DNA from: Mobula hypostoma
Lineage: Eukaryota
Direction of reading: 5' to 3'
NCBI RefSeq assembly: GCF_963921235.1
Contig: NC_086108.1
Span: 60,390,001-60,454,000 of the forward strand
Length of the DNA stretch: 64,000 nucleotides
The position numbers and the translations under genes were made by a program. The notes beneath the pieces are model-generated. The model saw nothing but the letters and a program-made list of their open reading frames with translations. It made no database searches and was not told the DNA's origin. This document shows positions 13,050 through 25,321 of this stretch, one piece after another. Within the stretch, counting starts at the first letter, position 1; the number at the start of each line of letters is the position of its first letter.

Positions 13050-14539
13050 GTTTCATTTAAGATTATATTTTTTTATAATATTAGAGAATTATTGTTAAGG
13101 TCTGGGTTTGTGCAATTCTGATTTGGTTTTTATATAGATTAGCTTTTCTCCCACATGGTGCACTGAATCTAACATTGTGAAGAGAATGGATTGTAATCAT
13201 GCCATTTGCTAGCATATCAATAGCTGTTTATTTAGTCAAAGTGATTAATGTCAACATTCATAATGTCTCTTTTAAAAGGCTTGATAACTTTGAGTTTAAC
13301 CATGTATGTTCAACTATTTTCACCTGGGTTGATTTTAAATGTTAACAGAATCAAAGTTGCTTTGTGACAGCAGTACAGTGCAAGGTATAAAAAAATCACT
13401 GTGTTACAATAAGAAACAATAGACAATAGGTGCAGGAGTAGGCCATTCAGCCCTTCGAGCCAGCACCGAAACTAAATGGTACAAAAGAGAAAAGGTGAGG
13501 TAATGTTCATCGATTCATGGACCATTCAGACATCTGATTTGCAGAGTAGAACATGATACTGAGTGTGGATCTTCAGGGTTCTGTGCTTCCTCTCTGATGG
13601 TGGTCATGGAAACAGGGCATGTCCCGGGTGGCAAGGCTCCTTCACCAGATTTCTAAGCTATTTATGCACTTGGTATAGCTGTGGCTACTTTTGAGTGTCT
13701 TAGCTTTATTCCTTCTTAAACCTGATAATTTGTGTAGCCAATAATATTGACCAGCTGAGATGCAGGTGTCGTTTGATAGATCAGTATATTTAATTCAAAC
13801 ATTACTTGTGAGCTTAACAGTGTCACTGCTTTCACTCTCTGTTGAATTTTATTGTCATTGGAGAAACAAATTGTTGAACTTATTTCTTTCTATATGTTAG
13901 GTTTCAGGAAAAAAAAGGATGATTTTAATTTTTTTTTGCACTGGCCAAATCTCATGCCATTCCATTCTTTTGAAAGCACAGATGAAATGAAGGATAAATG
14001 AAGGTTTTCAAGGATCTAGGGAACAACTGTCAGCAAGCTGGGGACTTCTGCATTCATGTACACTCCCACTGACATTCTACACCTGCTGACGTTTATGAGG
14101 GGACATATCAACAGTCCTTTGTGGCTTTCTTTCATCTCTCTGACTAATCTGAATCATTTTTTTTAAATGGACAGAGTGCAGCATAAATTGGTCTTCATCA
14201 ACGTTCATGGGAACAGTATCTTCCTGTATCATTTCAATACTTTCACAACGAAGACAGAAATGGAGTGCTTTACTCTTGCCCATCACTCCATTTATATTTT
14301 TAAAAGAGTTTACTACAAGGAAAATGTGGTGTTATCTCTTGTTACCCATCAGATCTAGTTTGATCTATGATGTTGACAGTCAGTGCTCTCACTCAAAGTA
14401 ATCCAAAGTCTCATGAACTCTTGTAAATTGGAGACAAATTTTCTTTCAGGACTAAAAGGTAATTTTTGTTCATCATAGCATTCTGATCTTGCTTACTGAA
14501 CTGCAAATGCCAGTAATCTGATACGAAAATGTTGTCTTT

Positions 14540-14810
14540 ACAACCAGAGGTCGTGGGTTAAGGGTGGAAGGTGAAAGGTTAAGGAAAACATGAGAGAAAC
14601 TTCTTCACTCAGAGATTCATGAAGGTGTGGAACGAGTTGCCAGTATTTCAATGCTTAAGAGACATTTGGATATGTACATGGATGGTAGGGGTATGGAGGG
14701 CTATGGTCCTGGTGCAGGTCGTTGGGAATAAACAGGTTAAATGGTTCAGCACAGACTAGGTGGGCCTAGGGGCCTATTTCTGTACTGTACTGTACTTCTC
14801 ATTGACTCTA
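14540..14810 (+). mobile_element. CR1 3' fragment
   Basis: ACCAGAGGTCGTGGGTTAAGGG and TTCTTCACTCAGAG segments, then a CR1 3' UTR. Confidence 0.75.
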
Positions 14811-15059
14811 AAAACAGAAAATAGTGGAAACACTCTTTGTGGAAGAGGCATTAAGGGTTCAGACAACGACTCTTTGTGGAAAGAGAAACAGAGTTATGTC
14901 TCACATTGAAGACTCTGTCAGAGCTAGGAAAGAGACATGTCAGGGCTGTATTCAGCTTGTGTGAAAGACAGGAAAATAATGTAAATAATGTAGAGTGTAT
15001 GCAGAACAGTAAATTTTTGTAGACTTGTAAAACACTTAATATGCATTTGTGTTTCATAG

Positions 15060-15124
15060 GTTGCTTGGTGGGTGTAAACATCTACTGCATTCACAGGAAC
15101 TCCATGATTTGGAGTAACCCAGAG
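15060..15124 (+). CDS. CYP4B1-like: CYP4 gene 1, exon 10 equivalent
   Basis: TAG acceptor and GTAACT donor; 65 nt. Translates (G)CLVGVNIYCIHRNSMIWSNPE. Confidence 0.94.
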
Positions 15125-15446
15125 GTAACTAGCTATCCTAATTCACTTGTACTAACAATATACATACTTTGCTTGTATACAGCAGGTAGTGTTAGTGGTT
15201 TGAAAGAAATGCCACTGCATATATTTACATTGGGTTAACCTGCACTGAGGAAGTACAGTTTTAAATATGAGAAAACCCCTTTTATATATGAATATTTTAA
15301 TGAAAGATTAAGGTAACTAGGACACTTCAGTCTCTACCCCAGCACTCCGGTACAGTATCTCCTTATAACATTGCTATTTGCAATTCATTACACATTTTTG
15401 ATTGTATTATAATCTTCTAGCTGACCTCTTAACCAAGCTATACAAA

Positions 15447-15875
15447 TTTTTTTCGAACAAAATATACTTTATTCAAAAATAAAATTATGTACAATAAACC
15501 ATTCAATGACTGTCAATCCTTTACAGATGTTTCCATTACAGTCTATAGATTCCCACACTTTTAGCTACCCACATGGCACTCTGTTGTTTCACCTTTCCAC
15601 ACCATTGTTGAGGGGTATACTCCCCACCACCCAAACCCTCCCACTCCCGCGGGAGAAGAACCCTAAACCATGGTCCTTCCCCACCGGGCCCTTGCGGTGG
15701 CTGCACCGAGTTTCAGTGCGTCCCTCAGCACGTACTCCTGCAGCCGAGAATGTGCCAGTCGGCAGCATTCTCCAACGGACATCTCCATGTGCTGGTAGAT
15801 CATCAAGTTTCGGGCCGATCAAAGAGCGTCTTTCACCGAGATGATGATCTGCCAGCAGCACCGAATGTTGGTCTC
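15447..15875 (-). mobile_element. Tx1/L1-clade LINE 3' end
   Basis: Minus strand CCWQIIISVKDAL.SARNLMIYQHMEMSVGECCRLAHSRLQEYVLRDALKLGAA, then AATAAAGTATATTTTG and an A-run. Confidence 0.75.
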
Positions 15876-16189
15876 CAAGTACAAATGGCTTATATAGCTC
15901 ATACCCTCTGCACATCTGGTTTCAAGGTGTCTCAGATATGACTTTTGTCCTATCTAGCCCTACACTCTTTTTATTTGCAACTTAAAACTAACTTGCTTTT
16001 CTTTCTTTCCCAATTCTGTTCAATGTGAAACATAACTCTGTTTCTCATTCCAGATACCTCCTGACCTCCAGTGTTTCTTCAATTTTCTTTCCAGCATTTG
16101 CAGTTTTTTAAAAAATTCCATATTCACTTTAACATAGTAGGCAACATACGCCACTTGCATATGGACACATTCAGAGGTCAAAGCTTACA

Positions 16190-16900
16190 GGTCGTCAGCA
16201 GTTTGTTTTCTGAGTAATGAGGAAATGAGCTTTATATTAACCATATGAAAATAAAGGTTTCCCCCCTCCCCAGTATAAGGGTTCATGACAAGGTCTTGCA
16301 AAATGTGGACCACTCTCCCTTTCTCAGAAGCCATCTTCCAGCAAAGGCAGACACATGGACCTGCACCAGCATTAAATTTGACTGTCGAAGGAAAAGAATA
16401 TTTAAAGGTCAAAACCTCAAAGCCAGCACATATTTCATTATTTATCAGGCAGTATTGATTCCCTGCCCTCCTTGCGATTTGAGATACCAGCTACATAGAG
16501 CAGGCAGCTCAAAGTACCAGAGAGGTACTACCAATGCTGTTTCTGCAATACACTCTAAACCCACAGCAGGATAAACAAACCAGTGTTGATGACCCCTTTT
16601 AGACTAGCAACCCCAGAATTTCAGCTCTAATTATAATTTTACTCATTCATTTCCTATAAGCATTGACATTGATAAATTGCTAACAAGCTCTGAAAACAGA
16701 AACCCTTTGTCAAGCTGCAGCACTGAAAGAGGTTACAATGTGAACAGAGGACAAGTACTAAAATATCCCAGAACAAAAAGAGGAATCCACACCAATTCAT
16801 GGAAATATTTAGTCTACACCCACTCAAAATAGAGAAGTATTTAGCATGGCAGAACTCAGCGCCTCAAGGCCTCTTGCTGAGAGCATGTAGAGTGCCAACG
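16190..16900 (+). mobile_element. Decayed RTE-clade LINE fragment
   Basis: PSIRVHDKVLQNVDHSPFLRSHLPAKAD...RKRIFKGQNLKAST..IIYQAVLIP resembles the RTE region downstream of the RT domain. Confidence 0.7.
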
Positions 16901-16969
16901 TAAAATGCACTTCTGAAGCTCCCCATTGTGTAACCACTGTCCCACCTGGGCAGTCTGTGGTTCCCATAT

Positions 16970-17530
16970 TAAGACAATAAGGAAATAAGCCATTGGTCTA
17001 TCGAATCTGCTCCGCCATTCCATCATGGTTGATTTACTATCCCTCTCAACTCCACTCTCCTGCCTTCTCCCCATAACCTTTGACAACCTTACTAATCAAG
17101 AACTTATCAACGTTTTTAAATACACCCAATGACGTGGACTCCATAGCCATATGTGGCAATGATTCCACAGATTTACCACCTTCAGGCTAAAGAAGTTCCT
17201 CCTCACCTCTGTTCTTAAGGGATACCCTTGTATTTTGAGGCTGTTCGCTCTGGTCCTAGACTCCACCGCTATAGGAATCATCCTCTCCGTTTCCACTCTA
17301 TCTTGGCCTTTCAATAATCAATAGGTTTCATTGAGTTCCCTCCCCCCCCCCATTCTTCTAAACTTCAGCAAGTGTAGGCCCAGAGCCATCAAACACCCCT
17401 CATACAATAACCCTTTCTTTCCCGGGATCATCCTTGTGAACATCCTGTGGACCCTCTCCGATGCTAGCACATCCTTTCCTTGCTAAGGGGCCCTAGTGCA
17501 GTCTGACCAATGCCTTATAAAGCCTCATCA
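16970..17530 (-). mobile_element. CR1 3' fragment
   Basis: ESRTRANSLKI.G.PLRTEVRRNFFS.KVVNLWN. Confidence 0.85.
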
Positions 17531-17974
17531 ACCATCTCTGGACTTCCTTCTAGAATGGAAGCATTCTCAATCTCAAAGAGGAATATTTAAAGGTCAGAGG
17601 ATAATCAATACAGCCATTCAGATTTTTTTTCAATCTAGCATTTTGGTAGAAGAGGGTTGTCCAAGGAAGAATGTTGATATTGAGTACTCTGTATTAAAGT
17701 AAATGTAGCTTGCATCTTATTCAACAGATGGGATTCCCTGGCCTTTTGCAACATAAATGATATACAGGCATATCAAAGAGGTCTGCTTCTGTCCACCCAC
17801 TTTCTGACCTAAATCTTCCTTTCTACTGTCTTACAGGGCCCTAATTTTACCCTATTCCCTGCCTTTTTTTATCTTGAATTCACATCTTTTTACCCTGTAT
17901 TCCTCCTCCCCACCACTCCATTAACTTCTCCAGCAACAATTCTCTCTTGGCCTTTGTGTATTTTAAGCTGTTTT

Positions 17975-18540
17975 TGAATTGAATTGCTTTATTTCTTACA
18001 TACTTCATATACATGAGGAGTAAAAATCTTTACATTACATCTCTGTTGAAGTGCGCAATGTGCAATTTATAGTAATTTATAATAAATAGTATGTACAACA
18101 GGATAGTCAACATAACATAGAAATACAATTGTATTAGCATGAATTAAGTAGTCTGATGTCCTGGTGGAAGAAGCTGTCCCGGAGCCTGTTGGTACTGGTG
18201 TTTATACTGTGTTACTGTTTCCCGGATGGTAGCAGCTGGAACAGTTTGTGGTTGGTGTGACTCAGGTCCCCAATGATCCTTTGGGCCCTTTTTACACACC
18301 TGTCTCTGTAAATGTCCTGAATAGTGGGAAGTTCACATCTACAGATGCACTGGGCTGTCCACAGCATCCTTAGCAGAGTCCTGCGACTGACAGAAGTACA
18401 GTTCCCATACCAGGCAGTGATGCAGCAAGTCAGAATGGTCTCAATTGTGCCCCTACAGAAAGTTCTTAGGATTTGGGTTAGCCTGTCTCTATTCCTTCGG
18501 TAGTCCACAACCAGCTCCTTTGTTTTTGCGACATTGAGGG
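17975..18540 (-). mobile_element. Rex1/Babar LINE 3' fragment
   Basis: LRTFCRGTIETILTCCITAWYGNC...IIGDLSHTNHKLFQLLPSGK; (TTGAA)n tail at 17975. Confidence 0.85.
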
Positions 18541-19127
18541 GTCTTTCGGGAATTAAAAATGGAGAACTGTCTTAATGCCAAGATTTCAGTTTATTTTAGA
18601 GTACAAGCAAACATACAAATAATAAACAAACTAAATAAGGGGCCAAGAAACGATGCTAACAGGGGAATTAATGCTAAGGGATGTAAGACAATGTACTAAA
18701 GATGGCACTTCTAAACAATCTATCACTTTTATAATAAGATACAGAAAATTCCCTAGATAGTGAAGAATTAATTAGTAGGCTACATAATGAAAACAATTGC
18801 ATAATGTGGGAGTATTTAGCCAATGAAAAATGGGGAAGGTGATAAACCCTTTAGTTTAGCTGCTATACTGCTTTCTGCCAGTGAGTGTGAAAAATACGAG
18901 TTTGTTAAAAAATACAAATCATAAAAGTATTATTTTAAAAAACACAGTGGTTTCCAACATGTGTATTATAACTGTGTAGTAGTAAAGTAAGTATTGTTTT
19001 TTCAGTCAGCACTGATAGGGAAAGCTCTTTAGATTTGATTACCTAGCAACATGCAGTGGTTTCTGTCTAACTGTAATCTCAAATGAAGAACTAAGTCTGA
19101 AAATAATGTTGTTTTATTCTTTTGTAG

Positions 19128-19210
19128 GTATTTGATCCTTTAAGATTCTCTCCTGAAAATTCAGCACACAGACACTCCTATGCTTTTATACCTTTCTCTG
19201 CTGGATCAAG
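19128..19210 (+). CDS. CYP4B1-like: CYP4 gene 1, exon 11 equivalent (PERF-like motif and start of heme motif)
   Basis: Polypyrimidine tract with TAG acceptor and GTAGCA donor; 83 nt. Translates VFDPLRFSPENSAHRHSYAFIPFSAGS(R). Confidence 0.96.
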
Positions 19211-20179
19211 GTAGCAAAGTATTTTTCATCTTACCACAATTGACATCTGATTGTTAATTTGGAGTTATTCTGAGCAAATAACTTCCCATGAATATCCAGT
19301 TATTTTTTAATAGTATTTAAGTATCTTTTGCCAATGTGGACTGACAATTTGATATTGGGAACTAAACATATAGCTGAAATCTTCGAGGTGAAATGAAATG
19401 GCCATGTATTGTAACATAAGATTCATTGTTTAAAATTGCACAGCTTCCTAAATAGTTGCTTAGCCATTCTTTTCAATGTTACTGAATGGAGACCTAGGCA
19501 GTTGTTTTATCATTCCCAGCTGTGATTTATATTTCTTGATTTTTGGTTCATTTTCTTTAAATCACAGATTGCTGCAAATTATCCATTCCAAATATGACTG
19601 GCTAGGGAAAAAGTAATGAACAGTGTGCTTATAAAATTTCTTTCTGTTGTTACCTTTGCGACTGATGTTTCTTGAACTTTCTTTAGTTATTTTAACTCTT
19701 AATAATTTGCTGTATTTTCTACTGTAGAGGTCTTTAGCAATTCTAAGACAGCTAAGACAGATAAGACAGATGGAATATCTGCTGGTTCAAATTCTTCTTA
19801 AGAAATTAGACCAGAAATTTTAGGAGCTGTTTGTGTGATGTGCTTAGATTATTTTCCATTCAGAATACAGATTGCAGTGGTCCATAATTATTTTTTCTGG
19901 CTCCCCAACATATTCCCAACTTGTTCTTGCTTTTTATGTTGGTGAGATGTAACTTGGAGTTGAGAGGTACTTTCTGAGAGGGACACACTCACTATTTGCT
20001 TAGCTTCAGAAAGGAGCATCTCCATTTTGAGCAGATCAGTTTACACAAATGCCTTTTCTCAATTAATGGTTTGAAAGAGTAAACTCCACGAACAAGGGAA
20101 GAATGATATGTACATTAAGTACCTTGGCTAACAGTTTTCTATTTAAATAAAATATATTTCTTATTAAATAAAGTTCTAA

Positions 20180-20410
<231 letters not shown>

Positions 20411-20742
20411 TTCTGAAGAACATTTAAAAAGTGGTCATTTCAATTTCAAGCAAATCAATCTATAAGACAAGCAATTCAAGAAGTAATCATAGGATAGTAA
20501 GGAATATTTTCAAAAACTTGCATGTGTGCGCTAAAGCTGTTCATTACTTGTGTTATTGTTGGAATGTCATGAAACAATCAAATTATGCCTGATAATGCAG
20601 AATGCCTAGTTGTGTAACATCCTGACCAAGAATTCTATTGCTGTTCCTTCATCTTGGAACTCCTTATTAGCCCTGTAGGAGTACCTTTCCAAAAGGACAG
20701 TAGTCATTGAAGAGGGCAGCTCACCACTGGATTCTCAAGGGC

Positions 20743-20748
20743 AATAAA
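20743..20748 (+). promoter_or_regulatory. Candidate polyadenylation signal of CYP4 gene 1 (alternative AATAAA at 20970-20975)
   Basis: First AATAAA I found after the stop codon, followed by a GT-rich stretch (TGTTGGTCTTGTT). Confidence 0.4.
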
Positions 20749-21674
20749 TGTTGGTCTTGTTGATAATATTCATATTTCAAAAGTGATTACTACCAATATT
20801 GTATTCCTGCCTCGTGCTCTAATCCTCTGGGTGTTCACTGAGGATAATCATATTCTGTTTCCAGTTTTTGTTGCACTTGATAGATAGTGAACTCCCTAGA
20901 ACTAATATATCACAATAGCTACATATCCCAAAGAACTACCAATTAGCAATTCTGGTTTATTCACCCCACAATAAACACGATTGCTGGGAAATTACAGTAC
21001 TTCACACGAGTTAATCAATAATGTCATGTTAGAAAAGTTCATACTATGGCAGAAAATGACAGATTATCTGTTGGAAATCAGTAAAAGGTAATTGTGCCAG
21101 CTTACAAAAGCTCACTCAAATGAAACGCAGCATCATCTCAATTTAACTTTGAATGTTATTCATCATATAGGAATATAAATACCTCTAACCTGATATCAGA
21201 CTTGGATTTATCATACTCTATTTAGTTAAATAAGTAAAACCTTGTGACTATCTCAAATTTACATGAATTTGAATCAGTTGGTAAAATATTTGCTAATATA
21301 TTATTTCACTATTGAAGATTCCATCATGGCTGTTACAGTCATCATGTGGATAACTTATTTGAGAAAATCATTCTGTCATTGCTTAAAACTAGCATTTCAG
21401 CCACTACATGAAACTTTATTAGGTTCACATATCCACTTCTACTCTATCACTAATATACTCCAAACAAAATCTCTCCATTCTGCCTTTCCATGAGCAGTCC
21501 TACTGTGAACACACTAGTAAATGAATAATTATTTTCAGAGCAAATGTATTGTGTTTGTGAATCTTACTGCACTTGACAATTTGTGGATCAAAAGTAATTG
21601 AGGTATTGCTGGAACTTTAAGAAATACCATGTGTAATTTGGAGATACAAGAGATTGCAATGCTGGAATTCAGAG

Positions 21675-21840
21675 CAACAAACAACCTGCTGGAGGAACTC
21701 AATGGGCTGAGCTGTATCTTTGGGAGAAAATAAATTGTTGATGTTTCAGATTGAAATCCTGCATCAGGACTGACGGATGAAGGATTTTGACTGATCGATG
21801 CTGTTCAACCTGCTGACTTCCTCCAGCAGATTGTTTGTTG
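21675..21840. repeat. Fold-back element made of two inverted Penelope terminal-repeat fragments
   Basis: CAACAAACAACCTGCTGGAGGAACTCA (from 21675) and TGACTTCCTCCAGCAGATTGTTTGTTG (to 21840) are reverse complements at 25/27 positions. Same family as 9340-9420. Confidence 0.75.
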
Positions 21841-22257
21841 TGTGTAATTTGAATGCCTTCTCTCTGGCTCATCATCGGAGCATCGTACAAATAGAAGAGC
21901 CAAATCCTTCTAAAACAGCAGCTGCTAGAAAATAATAATAGCTTGAAAGTTAAGCCTGCCACAGGTGTTGAGTGACTGAATGCACTAGTTGGTAAATTCC
22001 CCAGTGAAGAATGGTATATAAAAAAACAGCTGCAAAATAAGGAATACCGGTTTGTTTAAAATGTAAAAATACATTTTATTTCAGTTGATTGATATCAGCT
22101 AAAACAAGAAATTTTTGATAGATATCATGATATTTGAAATATTTCATTCCTTTCCTTCTAATTAGTATTTTATTTCTTCGAAACATTTAGGAGCAATTTT
22201 ATAGAGTTAAAATATTTTTCAGACTCTCTGTCAATATTTTAGACATTATTGCAGACT

Positions 22258-22560
22258 ATACAGAACATAGAAGCACAGTAACAGGCCCTTTGGCCCAAGA
22301 TGTTGTAGCCAACATAATGCCATTTTAAGCTGCATACCTCCCTGCATGTCATCCGTATTTCTCAATTCCCTATATATATCTCAATGCCTTTTAAACATTG
22401 CTATCATATCTGCTTTCAACACTTGCAGCACATTCCAGGTATTTACCACTCTGTATGCACAAAAAGTGCCGCATAAATTTTATTTAAACTTCCCCCTCTC
22501 ACCTTAAAGCTATGCCCTCTTGTATTTGGCATCTCCGCCATCCCTCAGCTTCCAATGCCA
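22258..22560 (-). mobile_element. Old CR1 3' UTR fragment
   Basis: AGAACATAGAA...ACAGGCCCTTTGGCCCA start and CTCTCACCTTAAAGCTATGCCCTCT. Confidence 0.7.
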
Positions 22561-24086
22561 ATAATCTTAAATTTTAGATCTGACGTTTTAATATTTTTGA
22601 AATTACCTATGTTTGTTAGGTAATGTAAAAATATTCTTAAGAATGAAAATTGGTACTCCTAGATATACAATGCCAATGTAATTCTGTTGGTATTGAAACA
22701 GGAGAATCCAGAAGCTGTGCTCGTAGTCAGATAATGTTAAAACATGATCCTAGCTATTGGAAGGAGTGCTAAAAGGTCTCAAAGCTGGAAATTTCTTCAT
22801 ATCTGCCTGAGGTTGGCTATATAATCAATGCACTCTGGACTCAATTAAGATACAGATCTTTGTCCTGGCCCAGACCTTGTCTGGAATTACAAACATAGTT
22901 TGTAGAACTGGAGCAGATTTATTTGCCAAGTTGTGATGGTATTACCTCATGCACTTGGTTACAATTAATTTTGTCATTTTTTTTCTCTCCCTTCTGGAGA
23001 GTAGCCATGCTGTTCCCAGTGTAGTTCGGGTATCTAGCTGAATTCATTTAACACCTATCCTTATTTATCCTGAAAATCCCAAATAGTGTATTAACACAGA
23101 TTCCTGTTGGCCACATCTAGTACCTAAAATGAGAGGATTTGTTCTGAGCTCCACCTACAACTTCTTCATTCATAGACAATGCAAGTTCTTTAGTGGCTTG
23201 GAATTAGTTTTCTTCAAAATTTTTATTGCACTGAATAAACTAACTTTTTTTTGAATCTATGTTCCATATCACATTGGCAATGTAGGATGAAAAAGGTAAC
23301 TGGGGATCTTCTGTACAATTTCATGTAAATCTGATTCCAGAGAAAGGGTTGGGAGTAAAGGTTTGTTGTGTGCCTTACAGCCTTTGCCAATCTAATTTAG
23401 AGCAAAGTTCATTAAACAGTGAATAAACTGGAAATGTTTAAAATGTCCTGATGACAAAGTCCTTATCTTGATCAGTGATTGTAAAGAAGGAGTTTTGATC
23501 CTTCATTCATCCTGTGCATTTTAAGAGTTAGAGATATTCCACCAGCATAGTTACTTTGTTTTAATGTTCCTATGGCAGAAAATATAGACTATGAAATAAC
23601 TGACTGTCAGCAGAGGAACAGTGGAAATAGTGGTAAGTTGATAGGAGAGGCAGTTTGAAAACTGTGACTATAAGATTGTTTATGTAGAGTTGTTTAGTGA
23701 TGATATCCAAAAATCAAAGCCTTTTCTAAAATTAATGTTGCTTATACTTAAAATGTGAACTTTGTATTTTAATTATGCTTACATTTTATGTGTGACCGTA
23801 ACTACTGTTTTTAATTTCTTTAAAGAATACTGTAAAAATAAAATTCTAAACTCTATATTAAAATCTGATGAAAAGTTAGTTTGTCTTGGAATTAATCTAA
23901 CAGTTTCAGAGAAAGGGTCTGGCTTCTGCCAGAAGATAAGTTGTTTGGGTAGCATTAAAGAGAAAGATCAACAGCACAACTTATCACTGTTTGACAAATG
24001 AACAAGTCTATCAAAGAGCCATGGAGGTTTTTGCTTCAAATTAAGCTTAATGTGATTTGTATTTTTTTTTATTAGTAAGGCACCCA

Positions 24087-24372
24087 CGTGTGGGCAGGTG
24101 GCCAAGTGGTTAAGGCATTGGACTAGCGACCTGAAGGTCGTGAGTTCGAGCCCCAGCCGAGGGAATGTGTTGTGTCCTTGAGCAAGGCACTTAATCACAA
24201 AGCTGTATCGGCCCTTGCCCCTCCCTTGGACAACATTGGTGTCGTGGAGAGGGGAGACTTGCAGCATGGGCAACTGCTTGTCTTCCATACAACCTTGCCC
24301 AGGCCTGTGCCCTGGAGAGTGAAGACTTTCCATGCGCAGATCCATGGTCTCGCAAGACTAACGGATGCCTTA
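24087..24372 (+). mobile_element. tRNA-derived SINE with 10-bp TSD
   Basis: Pol III A box TGGCCAAGTGG, B box GTTCGAGCC and a CORE-like GTGTCCTTGAGCAAGGCACTTAA. TSD AAGGCACCCA at 24077-24086 and 24373-24382. A second copy lies at 49112. Confidence 0.9.
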
Positions 24373-25321
24373 AAGGCACCCAGTTTGTTAGGTGTTTGCA
24401 TATTGTGATACTGAGATTACAACTGATATTAATTTTAAAATCTTCCAAAACAAGAAAAATACGAAAATGGCATCAAAATAACCATAATGCAGCAGAGAAG
24501 GATCCAGCTTTCAGCAAATTACAACAGAATCAAAATGGTTAGGTGATATATGTTCAGGTTGGAAATAATTTTGAGCTAAAACTAAGATATAAAAACACTC
24601 TCTTACTGAGTTAACCAAGCAGGAAAGCAGCTCTGCTAAATTTTGTAGAACAGCCAATGGAAAAGGGACCATATATGCCAGGAGTTATAGAATGCTGAAG
24701 AAAAACAGAGGAATAATGAGATCTTACCACATTAATGAAGCTTCCTTGGTTGTGGAAGCTGTCCCATCTAATTCCAAAAGAGTTCTTTAACAAATCCACT
24801 GAAGGTCTCGAGATTCACAACCTCTCGTTTTAATTGCTAGAATGCACTTAGGCTTCCTTCACAGTGGCGTCACTACCAAAAAGGGCTTAAGTTTCATAAA
24901 CAATAAGAAATTGGTAAAGGTTCACCCACAGTGCGTAGTTTATTTGGAGATTCACAGAAGAACAGCTTGCAATTTTCATAATAACAACAACAGAGGATTA
25001 TGAAGTGACTTTATAAATTGGACAGATTTTGAGAGATCTCTTGGATTTTACTTTATGTGTACATTGATCTGCAAGTTCTTGTGCATTGTTACTACCTCAA
25101 CAAAAAGACAAATGTTCTACTCAATGAAAGTCACAAACAAGCTGCACAATCACTAATGGCTTGGTAAGGTAATAGCCAGTTCAATAATATCTGATGCGAT
25201 TCGTATCTAGATAGCTCCCTTTCATCTGATCCACCTATGAATAGTTTAAGTACATATGATTATAAATACTTTTTGGAGAATCAGGCTTCTTTTAAGAAAC
25301 CATAAATTGTGCTATGTATTG

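Noticed and set aside
24090..24165. tRNA-like sequence (also at 49114-49185)
   Set aside because: It continues into a shared SINE body flanked by TSDs, so it is a SINE head and not a tRNA gene.
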